A stretch of 64,000 nt of DNA from positions 166,645,549-166,709,548 of the forward strand of contig NC_068981.1 in NCBI RefSeq assembly GCF_001194135.2, given 5' to 3'. The stretch is from Octopus bimaculoides (Eukaryota). Below the pieces are notes generated by a model, which saw only the letters and a program-made list of their open reading frames with translations, did no database searches and was not told the origin of the DNA. Made by a program: the position numbers and the translations under genes. Positions 50,919-64,000 of this stretch are shown piece by piece (within the stretch, counting starts at the first letter, position 1; each line of letters opens with the position of its first letter).

Positions 50919-50982
50919 GTACACAAAAGTCTCCACAGAAGAGGCAAGATTATTACATCTCACTTACCATCTCTCTGGCTAA
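50919..50982 (+). CDS. Possible terminal coding exon I
   Basis: Strong T-tract ccttag| acceptor; in phase 2 it reads RYTKVSTEEARLLHLTYHLSG*. An alternative phase-1 reading runs to a donor after 51014. Confidence 0.35.
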
Positions 50983-51963
50983 AATCTTATCAGTAGCTAT
51001 TCTGAAGCAATGGGGTAATTCTCATTGTGATCAGAGGCTGTCCTGTACCAAAGAGATAGTGCTAAATTGGGTGAGATGAGAGCATCACTGTATAGATTGA
51101 ATTGATGTAGTTTTGGTGGGGTTTGTTTTTTTATCTACTGGATTGAAATAATACAATACAAGCATGTCGTTAGGATACCAAGGAAAGTGAGACCAGTTTT
51201 TTCTTTTTTTTTTTTTCAGTACAAGGTGCAATGGATAAATTATAAGTGGTTTTAGAAAATAAATTGAAAAATTGTTGAAAATCTTTTCTTTCCTCTGTTG
51301 CCCTAGTTATAAGTAAATTGCTATAATTTACCTGTGTAACTCACTGCTGTTTAGTACTAAATAAATAAAATTTAAAACAACTTAAATTTAATGCAGTGGA
51401 ACCTGAGTTCTTAATCTATTATTTCCCATTCAGCAGTGATTATGCTTTAATGCCTTGTCAGTTAAACAATGGTTAAACAATATATATAGGTACCAGTGTT
51501 GGGTTGTGCTGCATATGGCACCAGTTGGCCTTAATCTGACTCTGGTCATGCACATTCTTTCTTATATTTTAGGACACAGTGTATCTAGCCAGGGCATGTA
51601 AGAAAGAGATTCAGGTAGTACATCAATGCTGGGCTCAAAAAGCTGAATAGGGACTTACGACTATGTCTTGAGTCCTTCTCTTAAGGAAAAAATCAAACCT
51701 AACAACACGCTTGAAATTTGAGAAAACCACTCTTCCTTAGGTCTGAGACCAATCTTGTTCCACCTGACCAAATTTCTCTTGGTGGTGCTGTCCATAACTG
51801 TATTATCAGTATAATTTGAGAACTATTTGGTTATTTTCTCTAGCAGACTGAGTGAAGCCTCTTCTAGAGGCTTCTTTATTGATTTTCCATAATTATTATG
51901 AGTGGGAAAATTATGAAATTGATATTCTATTTGTCTGAAATTTACTGCTTAAAATAACACATC

Positions 51964-51997
<34 letters not shown>

Positions 51998-52236
51998 NNN
52001 NNNNNNNNNNNNNNNNNNNNNNNNNNNNNNNNNNNNNNNNNNNNNNNNNNNNNNNNNNNNNNNNNNNNNNNNNNNNNNNNNNNNNNNNNNNNNNNNNNNN
52101 NNNNNNNNNNNNNNNNNNNNNNNNNNNNNNNNNNNNNNNNNNNNNNNNNNNNNNNNNNNNNNNNNNNNNNNNNNNNNNNNNNNNNNNNNNNNNNNNNNNN
52201 NNNNNNNNNNNNNNNNNNNNNNNNNNNNNNNNNNNN

Positions 52237-52318
<82 letters not shown>

Positions 52319-52925
52319 TATATGGGTAACAGTTATAACTTTCAAGGTTAAAATTAACTTTTAATAGACTCTTTCTATCCAGTAACAATATTTATTTCTC
52401 ATCTGCTTAACACTAAGGAAAACCAAGTCAAGCATCATTTCAGTGGTTTGAAACACACAAAAACAAAAACAATTAAGATATTCTGCACTGTAGCTTATGA
52501 CTTTAACATTTAACAGGATTTCCTAGTAGAAATGGCATTAGATTAGCAGCTTGTGGTTTATGATTTCAAACTCACTATACAGTTACTTAAATCCATTGTC
52601 TCAAGATAGGTTGCTTTATTCTGCACTTCATAACTCAGTACACTGAGCTGCTGGAAATAATTATATAAAACCTGAGTAAAGTTGCCAGAGATATGTTGTT
52701 ATTCAATTTGCAGAGGAGAGGAGATTTGTCTCTTACCTCTTAAGAACTGTTACACAAACTGGAAATAGTGGTTTAACTGACGCTGGAGATTCAAGAGAGT
52801 ATTATCATTTCACTTCATTCCTAATCAAGATCCTTAACTCTTGTAATTCCACCTGGAACTGCACTGCTATTAGAAGCTCTTCAGAAAGGCTTCTTAGCTT
52901 TCCAAGTACCGTTCTGAACTTTGAA

Positions 52926-52974
<49 letters not shown>

Positions 52975-53481
52975 NNNNNNNNNNNNNNNNNNNNNNNNNN
53001 NNNNNNNNNNNNNNNNNNNNNNNNNNNNNNNNNNNNNNNNNNNNNNNNNNNNNNNNNNNNNNNNNNNNNNNNNNNNNNNNNNNNNNNNNNNNNNNNNNNN
53101 NNNNNNNNNNNNNNNNNNNNNNNNNNNNNNNNNNNNNNNNNNNNNNNNNNNNNNNNNNNNNNNNNNNNNNNNNNNNNNNNNNNNNNNNNNNNNNNNNNNN
53201 NNNNNNNNNNNNNNNNNNNNNNNNNNNNNNNNNNNNNNNNNNNNNNNNNNNNNNNNNNNNNNNNNNNNNNNNNNNNNNNNNNNNNNNNNNNNNNNNNNTA
53301 TATATATATATATATATATATGCAGTTGCCATATTTCCTTCCATAACAGCTTCCTCTGAAGATCGCAGGATTACATATTCGGATTGTTACCTAACATTCT
53401 GTTACACTTCTAGTGCAAAACCAATTGATAAGATTGGCCATGATGGATATATAATACTGTACATTTCAATCAATTGATATA

Positions 53482-53540
<59 letters not shown>

Positions 53541-53594
53541 TTATATATATCTACATGCACATATATACATATATATATGCATACACATACATAC

Positions 53595-53625
<31 letters not shown>

Positions 53626-54231
53626 CATATACACTCGTGCATACACTTACTGGTTGTAGAATTTTAGCAAATTGTTCACTCCTTTACACCTTTTCGAATT
53701 CAATATATTTATGGTGATCCTTTTGTTTCTATATTCCAAATTGTGACATCTTTGGTATATCATAGTCTCACTGTTGATTGGGTGATGAATGCATTATATA
53801 CATTCAACCCCATTCATGGTGTAGCCACTTTTATTTTTGTATCTACAAAATAAAAATTTTCAACACCAAAATAGATAAATATTCTTAATCTTTGATTAAC
53901 TTGTAACAAAATATAAAACACATTTTTTGGTTTCTTTTTCATTTGGGGGCTTTTTTAGGGGATAGGGCTGGCTTAAATTATTGTTTATATTTTTTTTCTA
54001 AAAAGAAAAAATACAAATGTTAAAATTCTCACAATCTATGACCCATAACACCAGACATAACTCGATCATTGAACACTGTTCGAATGTGTACTTTTTGCTA
54101 CTGGCTGCAGTTTTCTGTGATTAAATCCATTTTTATGCTTTTAGGAAACTGTGTTGTTTGTGAGTGTAGTTTTTTTGTTTTTTTTTTCTCTCCATTGCCG
54201 TCATGAACATGTGAAGTAAACAACTCAATGT

Positions 54232-54237
54232 AATAAA
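54232..54237 (+). promoter_or_regulatory. Candidate AATAAA poly(A) signal of the + strand gene
   Basis: AATAAA followed by T-rich sequence, at the end of a UTR-like stretch; the hexamer is common in AT-rich DNA. Confidence 0.2.
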
Positions 54238-54382
54238 TGCTTCTTTTTATAATGTTTGCTATTTCTGATATTTTGCAAACTCATTTAATATTCCTAACAT
54301 TTTCGTACTTAATTTCAAACATCATTTATTGGTCTAAAACTTTAAAACTGTTTCTCTCCTACTTAAATGTTTACATATTGTA

Positions 54383-54438
54383 TCATGGGAGGGTCGTTTT
54401 CTCAATAAGAAACACACTGACAACATCTGCTTCAGCAT
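54383..54438 (-). CDS. Candidate terminal exon of an unidentified - strand gene
   Basis: U-rich tract then aatcag| acceptor; phase 1 reads DAEADVVSVFLIEKTTLP* (stop 54385-54383); AATAAA on - at 54330-54325. Confidence 0.35.
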
Positions 54439-54944
54439 CTGATTTTACATTAGGAATCTTGCAAAACGAACACAAAAACAAAATTAACTTTATATATGTA
54501 TATTTACTTTAAATCACTTGAAATATATTTTTACTACCCTGATTGAGGAGACCTGCTCAAAGGCATTCCAGCTGTAACTATCCACTGGTTTTTTTTTTTT
54601 CAGATTACATAAGACTACAATATAAAATATATCCTTCCCCCATTCAGTATGATAGGGTGTGATTTGAGTGACTTTGTTGTTTTTTTTCTAGCCAGTTGAA
54701 TGATCATGTGATAGTTCTGGTATTGGTTTGTGGCCTCCAAACTTTGTTTTGAATTCAGATCCTGGCAAAGTCATCTTTGCCTTTCATCCATCTGGGGCTG
54801 ATAAAGTACCAGTCGAGTACTGGAATCTGTTTTTGACTAATCCCTCACCCTGAAAATTGCTATCCTTATATCTCAATTAGAAACTATTATCATTATTATT
54901 AGTAGTAGTAGTAGTAGTAGTAATGAATGTAGTAGTAGCAGCAG

Positions 54945-55110
54945 TAGCAAGCTAGCAGAATCATTAGAATGTTGGGAAAATGCTTTGCTGTATTTGATCC
55001 AGCTCTTTGCATTCAGAATTCAAATCCCACTGAAGTCAAGTACTGGCAATGATGTAATCAACTAACCCCTTCCCAAAAAGTTACTGGCCTTTTGCAAATA
55101 TGTGAAGCCA
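54945..55110 (+). mobile_element. SINE family B, internally deleted
   Basis: agcaagctagcagaatcattag..ttcaaatcccactgaagtcaa..tactggcaatgatgtaatcaact. Confidence 0.7.
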
Positions 55111-55123
55111 TTATTATTATTAT

Positions 55124-55157
<34 letters not shown>

Positions 55158-55284
55158 GGTGGTGGTGGTGGTGGTGGTGGTAGTAGTAGTAGTAGTGCAT
55201 CACTGAAAATTTGGTCTGGATTCACTAACATAACATTCCTAACAATAAAACCTATAAATTCTGTCCAAGTGTTGATTTCATTAT

Positions 55285-55560
55285 CGTCATCATCATCATC
55301 ATCTTAACATTCACTTTTCCATGCTTGCATGGGTTGGATTTAAATTTGTTGTAGCAGATTTTCTGCAACTGAATGCCCTTCCTGTCACTGACCTTCTCCT
55401 GTTTCCAAAACAAGGTAATATTTCTCCATGGCCAGACATGCTTCTGCAGAATATTGGAAATGAATAACACTGCTTGTATGACAGTGACACTCATTTACAA
55501 CTTTCACACAATGTCAAGACAAGGAGACACTCACATGCATATGGACTCATAAATGACAGA
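55285..55560 (-). mobile_element. RTE-tail-related repeat (family C variant)
   Basis: (CAT)n cttaacattcacttttccatgcttgcatgggttgg..gaatgcccttcctgtc. Confidence 0.7.
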
Positions 55561-56344
55561 TGAGAGTTCTACAATTTCTTGCTGAACAATCTGCACAGAT
55601 GATTTGTATATAGTGATCAAGTGTTTGTGCTGCACGTTTAGCTCACTCCCTCCATCAAATTGACATTGCCTATACAAGTGCACCCTGTGCTACACATCAG
55701 ATGTCAAAGTAATCACAGAGCAACATCTGATGAAGTGCTTTGCTAAAAACATTCAAGCATTACCCAGTCCAGAAATTGAACCTATGATCTTGTGATTATG
55801 AGTGCAACGCCCTAACCACTTAGCCACATGCCCTCACATACATACATACATGTGTGTAGAGAGAGAGAGAAAGAGAGACAGGCTTCCTTCAGTTTCTGTC
55901 TACAAACTGTAGTTATTACTTTCTTGGGAGGAAATAGTTTTATTAATGCATGAATATGAACATGAAGGGTGTCAACAGTTTCAGCCTACAAAAGCAGGAA
56001 CAAATCAAAACTTTTATGCAGTCATTCAACTTACAATAAATAACAGCTAGATTTCACTTATCACATACATCATCATCTTCTTAAGTTTTTTACATCCACT
56101 TTTACACGTTTGTATGAATCAGACGAAATTTGATGTGGTAGATTTTCTACAGCCAGAGGCCCTTCTTGTCACCAATCCTCACTTGTTTCAAAGAAAAGTA
56201 TTATTTCCCTATTGCTGGACATGCTTGTGTAGCAAATTACAAATGAAAGATGCCATCTGTATTACAGTGACACATCTTTATAACTAATGCATGATGTCAA
56301 GACGAGAGAGAGAGAGTGACATACACACACACACACACACATGT

Positions 56345-56495
56345 GTGTGTGTGATGGGTTTCTTTCAGTTTTCATCTACCAAATTCACTCACAAAACTTT
56401 GGTTGGTCTTGCGCTATACTAGTTGCTCGCCCAAGGTGCCATGCTGTGGGACTGAACCTCAGCACATGGTTGGCAAACAAAGCTTCTTAATCAAA
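56345..56495 (-). mobile_element. SINE family A
   Basis: gggtttctttcagttttcatctaccaaattcactcac..cccaaggtgcc..gggactgaacc. Confidence 0.8.
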
Positions 56496-56729
56496 TAACC
56501 TACCGTAATATGGGCATTAATTGCTGGTGATATAAGTCTAGTTCTGTGATTTGCTTCAAATGTTATGCCTGAAGATATGAAATAATGTATGTAGTGACGA
56601 AAAAAATAGAAATCTATAGGAATAGTATAGTCATTTATGTAGCAATTTAAAATAAAGAAGTATAAAATGCATTTTCCCTTTTCTTGTTCTTTCTTATCTT
56701 GCATGTTACTTGGTAACCTCACTAGTGCT

Positions 56730-56912
56730 GGTGGCATAAAAATAAGCACTCAGTACACACTGTAAAGTGGCTTGCACTAGGAAGGGCATCCAGCCTTAGA
56801 AACCATGCCAAAGCATGGAGCACAATGCAGCCCTGTGTCTCATTGATCCTATCAAACCATCCCACACATGCCAGCATTGTAAACAACCATTAAATGATGA
56901 TGATGATGATGA
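56730..56912 (+). mobile_element. RTE-tail repeat (family C)
   Basis: ggaagggcatccagcc..aaaccatcccacacatgccagcatt..ttaaatgatgatgatg. Confidence 0.75.
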
Positions 56913-57723
56913 CAACGATTCAGACTTGTAGCTTGTTTCATATTCATTATTCTGTGATCTGACATGGTGATATAAGAGTTTATGCTTCAAGCTGTAGTAT
57001 TTTGAGATTTTACATATCAACAAACAAAACATTCCAGATAAAATATAGGTCAAAAACCCAGAATAATATTTCTGGAATTTTATGGAATTAATTATTGAGA
57101 TATTATTATTCTTAGGTAGAGGCAGGAAGCCATTTAAAGTATTTCCACACACATCTCAATATGCACACAGGCACACACACACACACACACATGCACACTT
57201 TTATATATTCACTCCTTTATACCTTTTAAATATTTAACCACATTAATTTTTTTGTATTCATGATCTGTTCCCAGATAACACTACTCCAGTGTATTTTGTG
57301 TTATAGCATCTAATTCCTGAAATTATTTGATGATGGTTATAATAATGATGATTTTAATATAGGCAATACTATTTACATATATTAGCAACCAAATAAACAT
57401 TTATTTTCTCTTTGAGTTGTTTAACTTCAAATAATTTTAATGAAAAATATTTAATCTTGTTTCTCATTTCTCACAATTATTTCTCTTGATATAATGTTTA
57501 GAACAAAAACAAACAAAAACAAGTTTTGTCTGTTTAAGCCTGATACTGCTTGAGAGTGAGTGCATTGAGCTATTTAGCTAATATTGTCCTTTCAGTTTGC
57601 TGCTAATTTTGTTGACTTCAGTTGCTTATCAAATTTTTGACTAAATTTTCAGCCAATTACTTGAGCCCTTCAAGTTTGTACTATAGTTAATTTTTTCAAA
57701 GGTAGATTTCCATTTTAACCTGG

Positions 57724-57776
<53 letters not shown>

Positions 57777-59175
57777 ACCAAAACTCAGAAAGCACTTTAG
57801 CTTTGATTAGTAACTAACACTTTACAACATATTCTGTGAACCCCATCTAATCTTTTCTCCTTTTGTATTCCTCCTCATACTCCCCTGTCTCACCTCTAAA
57901 ACTTTTCCCAGTTCTTTCTCCTCACCATCATTTCGGAATACTTTACCTTTTTTCATTTTACTACACACATCAACCCATAGAAGTTGAAATAAATTATCAA
58001 CATTATAAACCCCATCTAATCTATAAAGGCTTACAATGTTATAGTATCAATAACATTGTAACACAGATTCTCTTTGGGCTATCTAATAAAAAAAGACATC
58101 ATACTGAGAAATATTGCATCTGCTTTAGTTACATCCAAGTAAATGTTGTTTGTCTAATAGAGAAACCTCTCAATACAAATGTCCTCTTTTTCTAGTCCAG
58201 CACAGTGTGACTTCTCACTATTACAATTACTTCTCAGGAATTTATTTGCATCAACCACTTGCTTGCACTTAAAACATTTTACCATTAATTACGTTGTCTA
58301 TGTTTTTACTGTCGGATATATTATATCTCACTTCCCAGAATCTTGCAATCAATTCCTTTACTTAATTTTCTGCTTGAGAATTGAATCTGTCTATATCAGT
58401 TTTCTAGAAAACCAAACCCATACCTCCAATCTGAAAGGAACAACAGAGGCATTTTCTCTTGGAGAAACAATTATAATGATCAATCAATCCAATAAAGATC
58501 CATTAGTTAACAACCAAAATTTTTTTCCCGTAATTTACAGTACATCAAGCCAATCTTGCTTGACTTACTGGAAAAAACAGACAAATCTCATTTAAATGGT
58601 TGTTAAAAAAAGGAATGACATGTGGATAGTGTAATTCTTGATATATTATGGTTGAAAAAGAAAAGGCAGGATGGTCACAACTAGAATACCTTTGATAATA
58701 GGTCTGATTCAATCAGGGTTGACTTGGGGCTAAGTAACAAGAAATAACAATTTTTTTTCATTCCCCATTTATCTGTGAAGTTATCTCTCTTTCATGTATT
58801 AAAATATATTTAATAAAACTGAAAAGAAAAATATTTGTATTGTATGAAAAGACATTTTCAATAGTAAATGCAAGTAAATATGACTTATTTGTGTCTTATA
58901 TGTTTTACCAGTTTCATTATAATCTGATCCTTATTTATAATGATGAAGTTTAGATTTCTCCTTGTCAATATATTATCATTAAATCAAATATTAATTACAA
59001 TGCACTAAAGAGCATGATTACTTTACTCATTGATAGTTAAGAAAGAAATGATTACTAACAAATAGACTCATTAACTGTCAGATGTAGTTATAAATTTCTT
59101 ATGCCAGTGAACAAGCTACTTAACTCCAATGATGAGTTTTCCAGACAATATACAATATTGAAGACAAAAAATTAC

Positions 59176-59319
59176 CATCTGAAAGATTTGTCTTTTTTTG
59201 TTCAAGGCCAGAAAATGCTTCAGCTACAGACTTTCTATAAATCTCTAGTAAGTTAAACAATGGAATAATAGTGCTCTTATATTTGGGATGGTGTTGATGG
59301 TACAAACATACACTAACAT
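59176..59319 (-). CDS. Candidate internal exon of an unidentified - strand gene
   Basis: ccttcttttag| acceptor and gatg|GTAATT donor; 144 nt, phase 1-1, only frame open; DVSVCLYHQHHPKYKSTIIPLFNLLEIYRKSVAEAFSGLEQKKTNLSD. Confidence 0.55.
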
Positions 59320-61481
59320 CTAAAAGAAGGTTAGAGACTATATACTATATCTATATTAGTGAAGGCTCAGTCACCAAGACACAAGTTCTGACCAAGAGAT
59401 ACACTGCTTCCCTACTCTGCCTGTTCTCTTATTACCCAAATAACCTTTGCTCTTCTAAAAGTAGCAATTGTATACCACTTCCACTTAGGTTCCTCCTGAC
59501 ACACTAGTCTCTTCTACTCTTGAAACTCATGCTGTTTTTCATACTTAAGCCCTGCTTTCCCCCACCCAGATCTATTCAGCTTGGCTGCCAGCATCAATTC
59601 TGTTTGAATTGATTTCATATTCAGTGTAATGATACACTTTTATAGGCTAATGAATGACATGAAAATCATTTTTGCTATAAATCAATAAATAAAGAGTTGT
59701 TAGCAATTAAAGTTTGAAAATTTTGGGTAAATGCATTCATTTCTGTTTCCATAGTAACAAGTGGAACATGAGAACTCTTTTGTCTGTGAGAAAGCACGTG
59801 TTGGCAAATATATTGAAAGCACTTGTTCTACCTATCTGTTGACAATTGAGCATGTAAATTTATGAACTGGTCAACAAGATGTTTGTTTTTAGATAAATCT
59901 TTTAAGTTCATGTTATCGCATTAAATGCATATTGGATGCTTAAAACTACAAAATATGTGTTGTTTACTCATTACTTTTTGTCATTGAGGTGGTTGTGAGG
60001 TGTGCTAAAAATAACAACTAAATAATGTTTTGGGATAAATCTTTTAAGTTCGTGCTATCACAATGCTTAAAACTACAAAAGATGTGTTGTTTACTCTTTC
60101 TCAACAACTTATGCTATTTTCAGGATGTTGACAAAATGTGCAGTCATGCACAAAATGACACCTTCCAAATCTTGTTTCCTGACTGGGTGAAAATTATCAA
60201 ACTTTAAACCTCTATAACTTTTTTAAAACATTTTGCTGCAAAAAGTGAAATAATTCCAGCAATTCAGCTTGGAAAAGTATATTAATGTGCCAAATTAAAA
60301 AAAATTTATGATAAACTTCAATTTCTGAAATGCTGGCAACCAAACCAGATAGATCCCCCCACCCACCTTTTTTCCTTCTTTCTTGTCCAGAACATCAATC
60401 CCCAAGCATTCTCTTTTTACTCTTCATTTTTTCTGCAAATATACAAACTGAGCATCAACTATATGAATCCCACCAGTATTGAAGCTCAAGTGCAAAGGTC
60501 ATACTCATTACCCTTTAATCTTGATTATGCACCATAAACAAAAATAACGTTCCATAATTTAAATGATAAATCCTACCAGGTTGCTGTTACTCTAGAGAAG
60601 AGAAACCTTTTCAAAAGAGCTCCCCATGATGTTAATCACTCAGTCTTAGCAATTAATTAAATAACAAGCCTTTTATTTTTATCTAGCACCCACTACAGAT
60701 CATCTCACATCTACATAAGCTTGGCTTTAACTTCATTTTATATTTCACTTTCACAAGCTTGCTAAATATGATATTTGGTTCAGGATCCTATTTATATGAA
60801 GCATCTCATATTATGTTTTTAGACTACTAACCTCCTCATTGAAGACAAACTTTTATATATATATAAAACTCTTCTATTTTGATCTGTTTGAACCATGGTT
60901 ATCATCAGGTATCTTATTCCTGTATATGCATGTAGCATCATATTGGATTCATCAATTAAAAAAAAAAAGTGAAAAATCTATTGGTCTGTCTATCTTGCCA
61001 GTGTACAGGCAGAGTAATTTTTTGCATGATGAGTTAAATTTAACCACTGGCTTTACCCTTGGTAGTTCCCTTCTATCAATTATTTTGCATTCAAAAACTC
61101 ATCTGGTATTATGTTCATATTCATGAATAAGACGCAATGTTGATCGAAAATCAAAGCATAGTGTAGATCTATATGTTAAAGAAATTTTATATGCCAAGAT
61201 GATAGGCTGTAGCCCCAAAAAGTATGACTTTTTTAATATACATGTGTTTGTTCCTTTCCAGATTTTCTTTCTGAAGATTTTGCCATCAACATACTCTTGA
61301 CAAATATCTTCATAATTATCCTAATTTCAGTCTATTACTGGGACAACATATGAATATTAAATTATATCACAGAATTAAACCATTTACTTCATTCTGCTTC
61401 ATATTGCTCAGATAAATCAGTTTCTGAACCAACTCTTTATTCATTTTCTTTCTATGTACGTTTGTTTAACACACTCTCTCT

Positions 61482-61548
<67 letters not shown>

Positions 61549-62861
61549 GGAGATACATATACATACATTTAAAACTACTTAACATGATCATATTTCCCAT
61601 AAATATATCAGTGCATCCTGACCATTTTAGCATTATTAATAAATTACCTAATAAAAACTGTTTAAAACATATTATTCAACAGTTATTTCTACTCTATCAC
61701 CATGCAAAAAGCATTCCCATAATATAAAGAAACTAAAATTACTGCCATTTTGAATCTCTTTAATAAATGGTGTTATTCAGTATTGTCTACACTTTAATAT
61801 CTAAGTGTTCTGCATGGCTTTCTGGTAAGAATATGTCTTTTTTATTAACCAAAAAAAGTTATTCATTCATTTACCATAAGTTTTTTTCTATTGTTCTGTA
61901 TATTGACTCTTAGTATGGTGAACAGGATTGCTGTTGGCCACACTAATATTTTGTATTTGGTGTTGAGATACATTGAAACACCTTGCACTTTGTGGCCTCT
62001 TTGTAATGTGATCTAAAATAGTGTTTTTTACTTTTTTGTTTTACAATAATGATACCTACAAAATCATATGATATTTTAAATTAATTTTTCAGAGAAATAT
62101 TTGAATTCTTATTGCATATATAAACAAAACTCTTTTGGTGTCAGTGTTATTGAAAAACTCTATTCTTGTATAATGTGCAGTTCCTATTACATAACAGTTT
62201 ATCTTAATGAATATATCAAGGCAAAAATTAAATCATCATATATATTGAGAGAGATATATAACACAAGCGGGTGGCAGTATTTGTTCAAGCTTTTCCAAAA
62301 GTAGTTAACAGTTTATAACTTCATATTATAAATGGTGCATTTATTTATACATAGAATTAAAGTTTGTAAACAGCAAGATGATGGTAGTGGTGGTGGCAGT
62401 AGTAGTAGTATTAGTAGTAATAATAATGATAATGATAATAATAATGTTTACAATTTTTTTTCAAATTAGGATTTATTGCTTTAATATGAAAATTAATTGT
62501 GGCACATACACTGCAAGTATTGTTTCGTGTAGAAAAAGAATAACATTTTATTAATAAATTTGCTTATATATTTGTTTTTGGCAGAAATGTAGTTTGAATT
62601 GTTTTTCTTGGTGTCTTTTTTATACATATAAATCATCATTTGAGAGAAAGACAATTGGAATATATATTTATTGTTTTAATAGAAGGAAAAAATGTAATAA
62701 TTGCTTTTGGTCTATATACTGCTTTGTTAAACCTGTTTACTAATTTTTTTCCATTTCTGTATCAAATTGTTGCTAGTCCTTGTATAAAAAGATTAACAAT
62801 GTACACACATATACACTCATATCTCAGTCTTTCTCACTCCCTCTCTCTCTCTCTTTATGTG

Positions 62862-62934
<73 letters not shown>

Positions 62935-64000
62935 ACTAACCATCCAAAATATTATAAATCATTACTTAAGAACGTATTTGAGTGTAACAGATTTTCATAC
63001 ACATTCATGTACATATTTGTATTTTTGCAAAAGAGACAGGGAAAGAGAAAGCATGAGAGGTAGATGGAAGGACTATTTTACTTAAACGAGATTCACACTT
63101 ATAAAAGATCATTTATTTTATTGATACATTTTGTTATTAGACCATAATGAAGTAACTGATTTGTGATAAATCAAATAGAAATAATTGAATTTCAACCATT
63201 TTTTAACATCCAAAATACTTTTGCAAAATAAATAGATGATTTTATTTATTCTCAAATATGTGTAATAACTTTTTTTTAAAAACTTTCTATTTGTCTGCTT
63301 TTATTCAAAAATAATATTTGAATTTTTCTTTATTTATTTTTAAGAGTCCTAAATAGTTTATAATAATAATTGTGTTTCTTAAATATTAAACATCAAAATA
63401 CTATGTGCTCTGTTTCTGAATTTACAATTTTGCTAACTATTTCTTTGGGGTATTCTAGGTAAAATATTTACTTATTAATTAAGAGCAATAAAGGATAGGT
63501 GGGGGATTGTCTTTTTATGTAATAGATATTTTCACTCCTCTTATATATGAAATCAAGTGTCTCCCAAGCAATATTGTTTTGCTTTGAGATTTGTATCAGT
63601 GTCAGAATATAGAAATATAAAAGCTATTTGTGCTGTATAACAGGATCTGTTATAGTAATTTCCTGTACTCTTGGATAAAACCCAAGCAATATTGAAACAG
63701 ATGATAATCTTGGTTAACTGTAGCCAGTTAGATAACTTGAAACTTTGGAGGAATAAAGGTTGACCTCCTGGCAGCCAAGTCTATAACTACTTGAGTCTTG
63801 TTGCCAATTTTAATAATTTCACTTGGGAGCGGGGTACTTTTATTTCTCTATTATCATTTCTCCTAAGCCTATAAATCTTGAACTTATATCTTACTGGAGA
63901 ATGTTAACCTATCCAGAGGCACTATGATAAAAAAAAATACAAGCTATATTTAGAAAGAGATATATGCTTTAAAGGGATACACTTTGAAAATCTCAGACTT

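Noticed and set aside
57840-58595. ORFs 57863..58195 and 58179..58595 as a gene or LINE
   Set aside because: Pyrimidine-biased like the decayed CR1 relics, but no diagnostic motif could be aligned with confidence.
60124-60186. + strand exon-like DVDKMCSHAQNDTFQILFPDW with an FP dipeptide
   Set aside because: Lies within an internally repeated, TE-like block (59880-60320), has a weak donor, and is beyond the likely end of the + gene.
60839-63960. Scattered ORFs and exon-like segments near the right end
   Set aside because: Multiple conflicting frames and strands, and none resembles a known domain.

Overview
AT-rich, microsatellite-laden animal genomic DNA with 10 N-gaps. Its SINE/RTE repertoire looks like a coleoid cephalopod (Octopus-like); this is inferred from pattern recognition, no database search was run. 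Almost all ORFs in the supplied track are artefacts of microsatellites, N-gaps or decayed transposons. The main real coding feature is a + strand spliced gene found by reading splice sites. Seven exons (17340-17483, 26152-26504, 27061-27187, 29179-29231, 30562-30670, 41277-41308, 41699-41801) join in frame, with probable further exons at 50214-50480 and 50919 onward. It encodes three CUE-like ubiquitin-binding repeats plus an SP-rich disordered region; no gene symbol is recognised. The first exon is a phase-symmetric 144-nt module holding the second half of one CUE and the first half of the next. Candidate exons of a second, convergent gene lie on the - strand (59176-59319, 54383-54438). The introns hold several tRNA-derived SINE families; RTE, CR1-like, R4/Dong-like and Penelope-like retroelement relics; a near full-length mariner; Tigger and Gypsy fragments; and a HINE-like element. 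Most notable non-coding structures: a 1.2-kb Penelope fold-back, a cluster of R4/Dong fragments and SINEs around (TAA)n tracts, and a perfect 19-bp hairpin. No CRISPR array, rRNA or genuine tRNA gene was seen. Repeat boundaries are approximate.
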